Part shown: one piece after another, positions 18,769-29,864 of the stretch
Numbering within the stretch: position 1 is the stretch's first letter
Layout of the letters: each line of letters opens with the position of its first letter
DNA from: a virus
Lineage: Duplodnaviria; Caudoviricetes
Length of the DNA stretch: 64,000 bases
Direction: 5' to 3' (one strand)
Virus record (IMG/VR): IMGVR_UViG_3300007961_000135
Span: 11,287-75,286 of that record
Translations under genes and position numbers: made by a program
Notes under the pieces: generated by a model
Told to the model about the DNA's origin: nothing
What the model saw: the letters and a program-made list of their open reading frames with translations, nothing else
Database searches by the model: none

Positions 18769-19128
18769 ATGAGTATTTTAGAAGACACAATCCGAAAGAT
18801 TGAGGCTCAGCAACCGAAGGAGCACTCGACGGTGTGGTGCTGTGGGGAGCAGTTAAAAGATATACTGCGCGATAATCCCAGCCTCGCCGAGCTTGTGTCT
18901 CGTGATTTAGAGAACAAAAGCATGAGCATTGTCGAATGCGAGAAGAAAATCAAGGCGCGATCCGATGAGATTCATAAAAAAGCAGGAGGAATGAGCTGCG
19001 GTGTCTCGCCTTTGGAGGCCGAGGACATCATTCGGAAGTTTTACGGGCTCCCGGAGCGTGGCGAGAAAAGAAAGAATTACCATTCGAACGAGTCAGGGGA
19101 GGTGGTCAATCTTGCCGACTTCTTTTGA
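18769..19128 (+). CDS. Hypothetical protein, PcfK-like position upstream of PcfJ
   Basis: 119-aa ORF ending VVNLADFF, overlapping the PcfJ start. Confidence 0.55.
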   Translation: MSILEDTIRKIEAQQPKEHSTVWCCGEQLKDILRDNPSLAELVSRDLENKSMSIVECEKKIKARSDEIHKKAGGMSCGVSPLEAEDIIRKFYGLPERGEKRKNYHSNESGEVVNLADFF

Positions 19129-20773
19129 TTATTCAAAGCTTTTGCCGGACATAGCACCCCAGTATCTTCGGGACTGGGCGGAGGCCAGACGGTGGAAAAA
19201 TCACGCGCTTATTTGGCGCGTCGTGTGGGAGAGAGAACCTATAACAGGCATTAAACATCGCTGCGCCGAAGCGTTCTGTACAGCCTGCGGAAAGAAATTG
19301 CTGTTGGATTATGTGCCTGGCGGCACCTGCAACGGAAGCGGATATTCACCGAGCCTCTTTATAAAATGCGGGATTGTTCACAACTGGAGCTATACATTTT
19401 GCCCGGAGTGCGGTGCGGAAGTTCGCAGTGAACACGTCACCGGCGCGACTGGTTATGCAGGTGAATACTGTTATCCCATGACGCTGCACCATGTAGATAT
19501 GAAAGAAAAATCCAATCGTCTGGCAATGATTTTCTGGCAAGTTGAGAAACAACATAGAAAAGACGGGCGACGAACAATCAGCATCATGCCTTGGGAGGCG
19601 TACATCGTTGAGGAAAAAGGAATCGTCCGCTGCACACATCACGGGTCGTGTATGTACAGCGATTATAGTTTAGGTTTTTGGCGTCAGACTGTAAAATTTA
19701 CAGACACGATAAAAGACATCTATTGGACCGTATGTCCTGAAGGGATTGCGGCGGCAACGGCAGGCACAACGGCAGAAAACAGTAAGCTGGAGCTCTATAT
19801 GGAGGACAGCAGAATCTGCTTCCCGGTAAGTTGGGTACGCCTCTGGCAAAAACACAAAAATGCGGAAAACCTTCTTACCTGCGGTGCCCGCGGAATCGTC
19901 TCTAATCTGATTGGGCAGGAAAAAGCGGAAAGCAAAAGAGGATATAGAGAGAGTTATGGTTGCGCGATCCCGACGCTAAAATGCCTGAATTGGAAAGAGA
20001 CTCGCCCGGGGCGAATGCTGGCTATGGAGCGAGCGGAGCTTCGGGAGGCTATCGCCATGCAGAAGCGGTTGAACTTGGGTGGACAGACATGGGAAATATG
20101 GCTTAAAGCACGGAGGGCAGGCCACCCTTGGACGCTGGAAGACGCGGCAGCTCTGGAAACGCTGGAGAGAAAGGATCGGTTCGTTGATTGCCCAGAGAGG
20201 CCGGAGCGGATTGCACACTATCTCACAGTCCAACGCCGGCGCTGGAAGAACGACAAGCCTGATGAAAGCATGCTTCTCGACTATTGGGATATGCTTCGTA
20301 AGCACAAACCCGGGGTGTGGACCACAGAGGAGCGCTGGCCAGAGAGACTTAAAAGGGAGCATGATCGCTTTGTAAAAAAAGCAAAAGCCGAAGCAAACAG
20401 AGAGCGAGACGCAAAAATTGCGATACGGGCCAAGACGCTTGATGAATGGGAGTTCCACTACGGTGGCCTTTTGATAATTCCACCGAGAAACACAGAGGAT
20501 TTCACCGCAGAAGGCTCCAGGCTTCATCATTGTGTAGAGGGCTATTCAGAACGGCACGCAGCGGGTAAAACGACTATTATGTTTATCCGTAAAGAAAGCG
20601 CACCCGACACTCCTTTCTTCACGCTGGAGTGGGACGATAAGCGCGGGTGTGTCCTACAGAACAGAGGAAACAGGAACTGTGACCGGACTCCGGAGGTTAC
20701 AGCGTTTGAAAAAAAGTGGGTGGCGTGGATGTTGTCCGGCCGCCCGAAATTCAAGGAGGCTAAAACAGCATGA
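19112..20773 (+). CDS. PcfJ-domain protein
   Basis: C-terminal EGSRLHHCVEGY...IMFIRKESAPDTPFFTLE...QNRG. Start reassigned to TTG 19112 after GGAGGTG. Confidence 0.8.
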   Translation: MPTSFDYSKLLPDIAPQYLRDWAEARRWKNHALIWRVVWEREPITGIKHRCAEAFCTACGKKLLLDYVPGGTCNGSGYSPSLFIKCGIVHNWSYTFCPECGAEVRSEHVTGATGYAGEYCYPMTLHHVDMKEKSNRLAMIFWQVEKQHRKDGRRTISIMPWEAYIVEEKGIVRCTHHGSCMYSDYSLGFWRQTVKFTDTIKDIYWTVCPEGIAAATAGTTAENSKLELYMEDSRICFPVSWVRLWQKHKNAENLLTCGARGIVSNLIGQEKAESKRGYRESYGCAIPTLKCLNWKETRPGRMLAMERAELREAIAMQKRLNLGGQTWEIWLKARRAGHPWTLEDAAALETLERKDRFVDCPERPERIAHYLTVQRRRWKNDKPDESMLLDYWDMLRKHKPGVWTTEERWPERLKREHDRFVKKAKAEANRERDAKIAIRAKTLDEWEFHYGGLLIIPPRNTEDFTAEGSRLHHCVEGYSERHAAGKTTIMFIRKESAPDTPFFTLEWDDKRGCVLQNRGNRNCDRTPEVTAFEKKWVAWMLSGRPKFKEAKTA

Positions 20774-21726
20774 ACGAGACTACCAGTAAGAACCCCCAGG
20801 AGGCCATTGCGGCCCCTTCCGTATCTGTGTTAGACAAGACCAGAACACTTGAAATAATCGCCGGGGAGATCCGCACCTTCACCGCGTCCATGCTCAATAA
20901 CATTATCGAGATCGGGCGGCGTATGTGCGAGGCCAAAGAAATGCTCCCCTACGGGAAGTTTGGAGACTGGATAGAGGAAAACACCGGTTATTCCCGCTCT
21001 ACGGCAAACAATTACATGAGGGTCTTCCAGGAGTACGGCACCCGGCAGGGCAGCCTTTTCGGGGCTACTGTCGAGAATGACCAAGCGTTTGGAAAACTCA
21101 CCTACACCAAGGCGCTGGCGCTCCTGGACGTACCGGCGGAGGAGCGCGAGGCTTTTGTTGCAGACCATGACGTCGAGAACATGTCCACCCGGGAGCTTCA
21201 GGCCGCTATCGCTGAGAGGGACAAGGCTTTGGAGAAAGAGAATAAAGCCCTCAAGAAGCAGCTCGCAGAGCTTGAGAAGCGCCCTGTGGAGGTGGTGCAG
21301 GAACAGGAGGCCGTCGATAAGGCTGTGGCCGAGGCGGTCAAAAAGGTCAATGACGCCCACATCGCCGAGCTTGAAAAAGTCAAGTCCGCCGAGGAGAAAA
21401 AGCGGAAGTCATTGGAAAAGAAGGTAGAGGCCGCAGAGAAAGCGGCCAAGGCAGCAGAGGAGAAGGCATCGGTGGCGGGCAAGACTGCCGACGGTGAGGC
21501 CGAAAACCTCCGTGCAGAGGCCAAAAAGCTTCAAGAGGAGGCGGATAACCTTCGCCGAGAGCTGGCCTTGAGCGGCGAGGCGGCAGTAACCTTTAAGACC
21601 CACTTCGCCCTTTGGCAGCAGGAATACAGGAGTATGACGGAAGCCTTGAAGCGTGCCGATGAAGAGACTGCCGGCAAATTCAGGGCAGCTATAAACGCCC
21701 AAATGGAGGGCTGGAAAAATGGCTGA
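20770..21726 (+). CDS. DUF3102-domain protein with coiled coil
   Basis: IIEIGRRMCEAKEMLPYGKFGDWIEENTGYSRSTANNYM pattern. Confidence 0.8.
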   Translation: MNETTSKNPQEAIAAPSVSVLDKTRTLEIIAGEIRTFTASMLNNIIEIGRRMCEAKEMLPYGKFGDWIEENTGYSRSTANNYMRVFQEYGTRQGSLFGATVENDQAFGKLTYTKALALLDVPAEEREAFVADHDVENMSTRELQAAIAERDKALEKENKALKKQLAELEKRPVEVVQEQEAVDKAVAEAVKKVNDAHIAELEKVKSAEEKKRKSLEKKVEAAEKAAKAAEEKASVAGKTADGEAENLRAEAKKLQEEADNLRRELALSGEAAVTFKTHFALWQQEYRSMTEALKRADEETAGKFRAAINAQMEGWKNG

Positions 21727-24700
21727 AAACAGAATCCTCCTCTGGTCGAGAGACCCGAAGGACACCGACGGGTATATCTGTATGCCGACGAAAGAGCATA
21801 TCCCAAAGGGACGTCCCAACTGGACGCCTGATACTTGCCCGAAATGCGGCGCCGCCTGTTGGCGGCGCCCCGGGCAGGAGGAAATGGAAAAGAGCGGCGC
21901 CGTTGCCCTGTGTACAGGCTGCGCCTTGAAAATGATTCACGTGGCAGGTGGTGTAGCGTGAACACGCCAAACTGCGCCAGTTGTTCCGAAACCGTAAGGG
22001 AACCTTTTCCGCATATGATTGTTGCCCTTCGGTGCTATCACCCGAAGGCGGGACCGTGGCGAGGCCGAACTACACATCTTCTGAAAAAGGATTACGACAG
22101 CCCAAAGACTACCACTCCGGCGCCGTCATGGTGTCCGAGAATTGTCGAGGAGGTATCGCACAGGTTATGAGTAATCATTCAGTTTATAAAGGCAAACAGC
22201 CTCGGCGCGTTCCGGGTCTACGCTATGAGACCTGCAACGAATGCGGCCTTGAGTGGAATGTATCAAAGCTTCGCGAGGGCGGGCGCTATGTCTGTCCCTG
22301 GTGCGGGGAGAAAGAAATGGGAGGAAGAAAAAATGCCAAAATGCAAAGGATGTGGCGCTGAAATCATCTGGATCGGGACGCTGGGCGGAAAGTCAATACC
22401 TTGCGATCCGCAGCCGGTCGCATACTGGGAGAAACCCAAAGCTAAGGGTAAGATTGTAACGAAGAACGGCATGGTCCTCAGCTGTGAGTTCTCCGGAGAT
22501 TTGAATAAGGCTACCGGTATTGGCTATATATCCCATTGGAGCACCTGTCCCAAAGCAAATGATTTTAAGAGAAAGAGGGTTTAAACATGAAAGAAGAAAT
22601 CTATGCAATATTCTGCGTCTATGCGGCAAGCCGTGCGTAGGTTTTTTGTTCATAAGCTCATGTGTAGGGCTGCTATAAGGCATTCAGGAAGGAAACCGGC
22701 TTCTCGGGAGAGGAGATCACCTGGATTGAATGTGACGAGGCGGAAAAGGCGTTCTGTATCGAAGCTCGTCCGAAAGAGCCTCTGAAACCTGTCAGCACAG
22801 AGATTCTGATTGAAAAGGGGGACTGACGCTATGCTTCTGTCAGGAGATATCCCAGACTACTGGCGACCTGCAGAGCGATTTATCGGGCGGTGCGTTCAAT
22901 GTGGCAGAGAAATGATGAAAAAGAACATGGTTACTCTTCTTGCAAGGGAATACGGCAGAAACCCGCGCACACTCGGTCATTATTGCCCGGAATGCTGGGC
23001 GAGATTCATCGAAGAGAGGGGTGTTGGATAAATGATGAAGATAAAAATCTGCGAGAGGTGCGGGAAAGCCTTCAATGCAAATTCCGGCCACCAGATACGA
23101 TGTCAGGAATGCATAATAAGGCACCAAAAAGAATACCACGCCCGGTATTATCTTCAGAACAAAGCGAATTTTACTCACATCGCTGTCGAGAGTGAGACAA
23201 AACGGAAGGCCAAGAACCCCGAAAACGCCGGGTTGACACTTGCACAGGTGCAGCTCCGGGCTCGGGAGTTGGGGCTTACATACGGTCGTTATATGCTGCT
23301 TGTGCAGACAGACGGTCTGGAAGATTATATCAAGAACAGGAGGATTGAAAATGAGAATACTCAAGGAATTACTTAACCATAACAATTTTAGCCTTCTCGA
23401 AATAATATTAGTCATCGTTTGTGACGTCGTTAGTATTGCGGTGAGCTTTTTCGCTACGGCGGGGCTCTTGTGGGTGATTTGCTGGGCGTTTAACCTTGCG
23501 TGGTGGAGTTGGAAGATAAGCCTCGGAGTGTGGGTTGCCTTATTAATTCTCTCTTCCACGTTTAAGGTCGTAGTGAAATAGTGAGAGGTGCAGACATGGA
23601 TAGACTGACTATCAGAGCGAACGACGGAAGGGCTCTTTTGGCGCCAAATCTCCAGAACAAGTACGGTGCACATGAAACTATCATCAGCCAGCTCGTAAGA
23701 CGCCTCGCATCCTATGAGGACACCGGCATTTCTCCGGAAGATCTAAATGAGGCGAAGGAGGTTATAAGCTCAGAATCTTACGAGGCGGCAAAAATCATTG
23801 ACCATGTCTGCTGTAAGCGTAGACGAGTGCTTGATATTGCCAGAGCCGAACTGGAAGGAAGATTGAAAATCCTTCCGGCCAGGTGGGGGGCGATAGTGTA
23901 CGAGGTCTATTATGACTGCGGTATTTGTGGCTATCTGGCTGCCTGTCCTTATGTGATAGAGCGTAGAGAATGTTACAGGAAGAAGGTCGCTATTCGGGAA
24001 GTAGCATTTGATCGCTATGATCTGCTTAACGAGAATAACCCCGAACGGTTTAGACCGGGCGTTTTCCGCACTCTTGAGGAGGCGAGAATAGCGAGAATGT
24101 TTGCAGAGGATATGTACAGGAGGGAAAAAGATGGCTGAATATAAAAAGGACATAACCATGAGCGGACTTTATATTAAGGGCATGGAAATGCCGAGCATGC
24201 ACAACGGAGGCGGTGTGCCGGAAGTTTTTGCTGTCCACGGGAAAATCGTTGTTTATCCAAACGGTGAAGCAAGGCTTGATATAACGATAGACAATACGGA
24301 GCACACATATAGTCTCGTCCCCGTCCCCGACCACGGCGACCTGATAGACCATGACGCTTATCGTGACGAGTACGTGAGCCAGGTTTATGACCTTTGCACC
24401 GACGATGCAAACAACTGGAGAGCAAATGCGCTCATAGACCTGTTTGACAACGCCCCTGTAGTTATCCCGGCAGACAAGGAGGACAAGTGATTATGGACAG
24501 GCTTACAATTCGCAATTCTGACGGCAGCGTTTCCCAGCCAACTAATATGAAATGGGCCGAGGCGTTGGAGAAGTTGGCAGCCTATGAGGATAGCGGTTAT
24601 TCGCCTGAACGTGTCAAAGAGCTTGGACAAGCAGAGGTCGAAGACCGCCTTGTGATTTTGCCGTGCGAACTTGGTGCGACTGTGTATGTCCTCTGCTCTA

Positions 24701-24867
24701 ACAAAGCTGCACCATACACGGTAAAGTCCTTTGCCGTGCATCCAGGCCACTTATTCCTCATTTGTGAAGACCCCAAGCATAAAGGCTTCTCCAGAATATG
24801 CAGCTGGCGAGAGACTTGCTTCCCCACGCTCGCGGAGGCCGAGAGGTTTTTGGAGGCGAAGAAATGA
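21719..24867 (+). other. Run of small, mostly Cys-rich hypothetical early/middle genes (21719-21961, 21958-22170, 22167-22361, 22333-22584, 22830-23031, 23032-23376, 23351-23581, 23596-24138, 24131-24490, 24487-24867)
   Basis: Tightly packed plus-strand ORFs with RBSs and ATGA/GTGA overlaps; no families recognised. Confidence 0.6.
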
Positions 24868-25571
24868 AGCCCATATTGTTCAATACCGATATGGTTAAGG
24901 CCATTCTGGAGGGCAAAAAGACCGTAACCAGACGAACGATGAAGCCCCAGCCGATATTAGACGATAGTGGCATGTGGCATTACAAGGACTGTCAGTGGAT
25001 GGACGGAGGATTAGGGTTTCCGCAGTCTGGCATTGATGACTATGCCCCATATAAGCCCAGTAATACTCTCTACGTCCGGGAAACGTTTGGTTTTGGCTGC
25101 ACTTTTTCCACCGAAGGACATATCTTTTTTAAGGCGGACGGCGACACGAATGACGTTTATCGTTGGCAACCATCTATCCACATGCCGAAGGAGGCGGCGA
25201 GGATCTTCCTGCGCGTGGCGGACGTGCGTGTGGAGCGGCTCTGGGAGAGCTTCGGCAATGGATATGGGCAAGCTGAGAGATTCCAGCATGAAGGGATCAC
25301 GCTTCCGGAGGAGTGCGCAACCTGCATCGAAGCATACGGGTGTCCCTGTTGCTCCGACTTGGATGACAGCTTACCTTACGACGAGCGGACCGGTGAGGAC
25401 AGCAATGGCGGCTCCGAGTGTGGGATGCTGGACGAGGTTCGGGGTGATTTTGCTGGACTTTGGGACAGCACCATCAAGCACGTTGACCTTAACCGCTACG
25501 GCTGGGCGGCCAATCCCTGGGTGTGGGTTATCAGCTTCGAGCGGTGCGAGAAGCCGAAGGAGGAAAAATGA
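24864..25571 (+). CDS. ASCH/PUA-like phage protein
   Basis: MKPILFNTDMVKAILEGKKTVTRR, LYVRET, WQPSIHMPKEAARI, WAANPWVWVISF. Confidence 0.7.
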   Translation: MKPILFNTDMVKAILEGKKTVTRRTMKPQPILDDSGMWHYKDCQWMDGGLGFPQSGIDDYAPYKPSNTLYVRETFGFGCTFSTEGHIFFKADGDTNDVYRWQPSIHMPKEAARIFLRVADVRVERLWESFGNGYGQAERFQHEGITLPEECATCIEAYGCPCCSDLDDSLPYDERTGEDSNGGSECGMLDEVRGDFAGLWDSTIKHVDLNRYGWAANPWVWVISFERCEKPKEEK

Positions 25572-26086
25572 GAAAGCAGTACAGCTCCACCATGGAAGAC
25601 ATGGAGAAGAAGCTGGGGCGCGTCATGGAACGCCTCGGGGTAGAAACATATCAAAGCAACTGGACCCAGGGGAAGGCCGGGAGCAGCTGCTATGTAGAAA
25701 TGCGCTACGGTGCCTCTACTTACCGCTTCGAGAATGACACGGCCAAGTCGGCCGCCTGCGGCCGCAACCTCACCTACGCCAGCGATCTGTTTGCCGCTGT
25801 GGTCTATTCTCTCGAAGGGCTGGCCCGAGCTGTCGAGCAGGGTATATTCACCCTGGACATGCTGCTTGTCGGTGTGCCGGCTCTTCCGGAAGCGTCGAAG
25901 CCGCTGGAACCCTGTTTTCAGGCCATGGGGTTTACCGACATTCCCGACATCGACGCCCTCAAAGAACGGTATCGCCAGCTGAGCAAAGTGTTTCACCCGG
26001 ACGCCGGTGGAAGCACCGAGGCTTTCTTAAACCTCAAACACAACTATGAAGCTTGCCTTACTGCTTTAGAGGAGGCCAAAGCATGA
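25568..26086 (+). CDS. J-domain (DnaJ-like) protein
   Basis: C-terminal LKERYRQLSKVFHPDAGGSTEAF with HPD motif. Confidence 0.85.
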   Translation: MRKQYSSTMEDMEKKLGRVMERLGVETYQSNWTQGKAGSSCYVEMRYGASTYRFENDTAKSAACGRNLTYASDLFAAVVYSLEGLARAVEQGIFTLDMLLVGVPALPEASKPLEPCFQAMGFTDIPDIDALKERYRQLSKVFHPDAGGSTEAFLNLKHNYEACLTALEEAKA

Positions 26087-27424
26087 TGTTTTCGTCCTAT
26101 TATAACGCCTTGGCAAAAGTAGATATCCCATATATCCCCGAGCCAAATCTATGTACTGGCGTCGGCCACGGTCATTTTAGACCACTCACAAGATCACGAG
26201 AAAAGCGCGGAATCTACCAGAGCAAACACCGTAAAAACAAAATGGCGAAAGCCAGCAAAAGGAGGAACCGAAAATGAAAAATAAAATAGTGTTTCTTGTG
26301 TGGATGATTTTCATGATAGCCGTTTGTATCCTTATCATTTCCTGTATTGCTTTAGGTGCGTATGCGTACATAAAATACGGTAGTTCTCCTATAACAGAGA
26401 TTCCCTCATGGGCATTTTTCTTTATGGGAGGTGCGGGGAAATGATTGATGAGGCCTTTGTAAAACGCTTGCGTGAAGCCTCGGAGGAGATTAAGCGGGGC
26501 GTTCATAGCCCCGGCCACATGGCTCTGATGAATAAGGCAGCGGATATTCTTGAGAGCTTTGAGTCTCGTGACGTAAAGATCGACACGACGGACGAGCGCG
26601 AGTTCCGCGACTACTGCTGCCCCAGGTGCGGCGTCACTATATGCCAAGAATTGAAAGCCCCGGTATCTCCGTTTCACGTGGCACCGTTATATAAGCCGAA
26701 TTTCTGCGTTGACTGCGGACAGGCTTTAGTCTGGCCTGTGAGATATATCGAGCCCGCCAATCATGAATAACCAAAATTTGGGATAGGCGTTAAACGGCCT
26801 CGGGGCTTTTGCGGAAATGGTGCACTTCTTTTTCCGAGCAATGATTAAATCTGGAGCAGAAACACCAGAGGCAATGGCCGCTATGCAAGCCTTTATATAC
26901 ACCTATTGGACTAATGCCGTGAACAGAAACCTAGGGGCATAGGGAGAAGTTAAGCCTTATGAAGACTGATGAAATCTTTACCATTCCCGCCCGACGGTGC
27001 GCCCGGTGCGGAGGGCTATTGACCAGCGAGAGCAGTATCAAGGACGGCTACGGCCATTCCTGTAAACAGAAAATGCGTAATGAGCAGCTTGAAAAAGAGG
27101 CCGAAAAAGACCAAATCTGCCTGTTTGAGGAGAAGGAAGACGACTATGGGCAAGAAGAACAGCAAGAAGGTCAATCCTCGCCGGCGCCCGGCTACTGAGG
27201 CCGACGTAAAGCGGGCCAAGCAGTCAGCGCAGGAAAAGGCGGTGAATATAGCGTGGGCGATATTCTTCACCGTCTTGCGCGATAAAGAGAACGCAGACGC
27301 GGAGATCCTTCGCCGCGTTTGGGATGAAGTCAATGATTTATCAGACAGCGTCTCCCAGGGCTACGTGAGCGTTTCCGACCTTATGAGGACGCTGGCCGAA
27401 GAAGCCGGAATTGTGCTTGAATAA
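26083..27424 (+). other. Small hypothetical genes (26083-26277, 26441-26770, DUF6011-like 26959-27198, 27146-27424)
   Basis: Overlapping ORFs with RBSs; CARCGGLLTSESSIKDGYGHSC is DUF6011-like. Confidence 0.55.
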
Positions 27425-27468
27425 CAATCGCAGTCGGAGACAGAGCAGTTAAAGGCAGGTGTGGCGGC

Positions 27469-27891
27469 ATGACATTGGAAGAATTGAATTCGCACTATGA
27501 CAAAAGGCGCCAGAAAGCCGAGGCGGAAGAATTGCTTGCCGCCCTGCGTTTGGAGGCAGAGCCGGGCGCTGCCCGGCTCACGGGAATGCCGCACACCCCC
27601 GGCGTGAAGGACAAGGTCGGAGATCTCGGCGCCGAGATTGCGGACACACTTACGTACATCGAAGTCCTGGAAGCGGAGATCGAGCAGCAGGAGCCAGAGG
27701 TAGCGGCTTTTATAGCTGAGATTAAAAACATCAGGACACGCACAATCTTCCGGCTCAGATTCCTCCGAGGTCTTACCTGGAAAGAAGTGAGCCGGATCCT
27801 TGGCCGGTACACAAGTGAAAGCAATGTGAGAACAGCCTGCTACAATTATTTTCGCAATACCGCATTGGATGAAACTGAACAGCATAATTAG
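27469..27891 (+). CDS. Late-gene transcriptional activator (ArpU/DUF1492-like)
   Basis: C-terminal RTIFRLRFLRGLTWKEVSRIL HTH; last gene before the late operon. Confidence 0.75.
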   Translation: MTLEELNSHYDKRRQKAEAEELLAALRLEAEPGAARLTGMPHTPGVKDKVGDLGAEIADTLTYIEVLEAEIEQQEPEVAAFIAEIKNIRTRTIFRLRFLRGLTWKEVSRILGRYTSESNVRTACYNYFRNTALDETEQHN

Positions 27892-28188
27892 GCATCAGAT
27901 TAACAGATACAGCAACGATTTTCGTGACAAACCCCCTTATATGTGATAGCGTTTAACCTGTAAAATCCTACATAGCCAGACGGCGCCCCAAAAGGGCGCC
28001 GTCATTCTTTTGGAAAGGAGGCTGTAATGGCTCTGCGTTTCTCCTTTGCGCGGAGTCTGGTTCGGGCAGAGCGCCAATCGCCAACGGCGCCCCGCAGCGG
28101 GCACATCAAAAAAAGGAGGAAACCCCATGTTGTCGAATATAAGGCTCCTATCACCCGCGGAGATAGTGGGAAGAGAGGCGAGCCGGCC

Positions 28189-29307
28189 GTGATCTACCTC
28201 GAAAACAATGTATTCGACGAAGCTCTTGACCGCATTCGCTTCATTTACCAAAACCACGACGATGTAATAGTCAGCATGTCCGGAGGAAAGGACAGCACCG
28301 TACTCTTTCAGCTTTCATTGATGGTGGCGCAGGAGCTCGGGCGCCTGCCTGTCAAGGTGTTCTGGCTCGACCAGGAGGCGGAATGGCAGGCTACGGTGGA
28401 CTACATGACAGAGCTCATGCAGCGCCCGGAGGTAAAGCCCTGCTGGTTTCAGATACCCTTTGAGTTCACGAACACGCTATCCCCGGAAAAGAACTTCCTC
28501 AGCATATGGAATCCGGAGGATAAACCGCTGTGGATTCATGAACAGCACCCGCTTTCTATCAAGGAAAACCCGTGTAAGGCCAATCGCTTTCACGACCTTG
28601 TGAACGCACTCCCGGAATACTGTACAGATTCGGAGAACTGCGCCGTGCTGGTGGGCATGAGAATAGTGGAGAGCTTAAACCGGCGCGCTGCGATAACGCA
28701 GCACCCGGCCAAGTTCCAGGGCGTGACGTGGTGCAAGAAGAAATCCGGCCGCTGTCAGGTCTTCTGGCCGATCTACGATTTTACCCATGACGACATCTGG
28801 ACGGCCATAGGACAAAATCACTGGAAGTATAACCGTGTGTACGATCTCCAGTATCAATGGGGCGTGGCGAAAGAGGCTATGCGCGTCAGCGCTTTAATCC
28901 ATGAGACCGCGTGGCATTCGATTGAAATGCTCCAAGAGTTTGAGCCGGAGACCTATAACAAGTTCATACGCCGCGTATGCGGCGTAGGCACCTTCGCCCA
29001 CACCTTTGACAGCGGCGACATCGTCCCCCGCCAGCTCCCCTTCGCTTTTTCCTCATGGAAAGAGTACCGGGACTATCTTCTGGTAAACATCGTCAAGCCG
29101 GAATACCACGACCTTTTTCGTAACCGCTGGAAGAATCAGACCGGTGATGAATGGTACCGCGTCCACGTGAAGGAAATCGTCCTGAATGACATCGACGGCA
29201 CCAACAACGCAAATGCCCGGTCCCGCTTCCGGCTCCGCGACAGAAAGGCTGTCTATCGTCAGCGCGATATGGAGCAGTTCGAGCAGTACATGGGGGAAAA
29301 GTCGTGA
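28189..29307 (+). CDS. ibrA: IbrA-like PAPS-reductase-family (PP-loop) protein
   Basis: IVSMSGGKDS PP-loop, FWLDQEAE, VGMRIVESLNR, WPIYDF. Start GTG 28189 is coupled to a 21-aa upstream ORF. Confidence 0.8.
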   Translation: MIYLENNVFDEALDRIRFIYQNHDDVIVSMSGGKDSTVLFQLSLMVAQELGRLPVKVFWLDQEAEWQATVDYMTELMQRPEVKPCWFQIPFEFTNTLSPEKNFLSIWNPEDKPLWIHEQHPLSIKENPCKANRFHDLVNALPEYCTDSENCAVLVGMRIVESLNRRAAITQHPAKFQGVTWCKKKSGRCQVFWPIYDFTHDDIWTAIGQNHWKYNRVYDLQYQWGVAKEAMRVSALIHETAWHSIEMLQEFEPETYNKFIRRVCGVGTFAHTFDSGDIVPRQLPFAFSSWKEYRDYLLVNIVKPEYHDLFRNRWKNQTGDEWYRVHVKEIVLNDIDGTNNANARSRFRLRDRKAVYRQRDMEQFEQYMGEKS

Positions 29308-29864
29308 TAAAAGACCAGCCTATTTTTAAGGTCGAGTGGATCCCCCTCGAAAAAGTCCACGCGAACAACTATAACCCCAACAGCGTGGCCACGCAGGAAA
29401 TGAAGCTGCTCTACCGCTCGGTGAAGTCAGACGGATACACCCAGCCGATAGTCGTTATTTACGACGAGACGAAAGACCGCTATGTGATAGTTGACGGCTT
29501 CCACCGGTACAGCATAATGCGCCGGTATAAAGACATCTACGCCTCGTGCGAAGGAAAGCTCCCTTGCGTAGTGCTCCACGGCAAGACCATGAACGACCTT
29601 ATGGCCTCCACCGTGCGCCATAACCGAGCACGAGGCAAGCACTCCATCAGCGGCATGTCGAACATCGTAATGGAAATGCTCGTCAATGGTGCCTCAGACC
29701 TCGACGTCTGCAATGACCTCGGCCTCGAGCCGGAGGAACTGGTGCGCCTGAAGCACATCACGGGTTACGCCAAGCTGTACGAAAACAACACTTACTCTCG
29801 CGCCGCCATATCCGAGAATCAGGCGCGGCAGCTCTCCCAGTACCGGAAGGAGGCCGCGCAATGA
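29304..29864 (+). CDS. ibrB: IbrB-like ParB/Srx N-terminal domain protein
   Basis: ANNYNPNSV, DGYTQPIV, IVDGFHRY, STVRHNRARGKH. Confidence 0.85.
   Translation: MIKDQPIFKVEWIPLEKVHANNYNPNSVATQEMKLLYRSVKSDGYTQPIVVIYDETKDRYVIVDGFHRYSIMRRYKDIYASCEGKLPCVVLHGKTMNDLMASTVRHNRARGKHSISGMSNIVMEMLVNGASDLDVCNDLGLEPEELVRLKHITGYAKLYENNTYSRAAISENQARQLSQYRKEAAQ

Noticed and set aside
22587-22826. RBS-led frame with three in-frame stops (TAG, TAA, TAG), suggesting stop-codon recoding
   Set aside because: The stops are mixed types and all other genes use the standard code. Two compensating 1-nt indels (restoring FCRLCGKPC...) explain it as a pseudogene or sequencing error.
27937-28257. Minus-strand ORF and the extended 28027 start of ibrA
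   Set aside because: They overlap the late promoter and hairpin region. Homology-like sequence starts at GTG 28189, which has a coupled leader.
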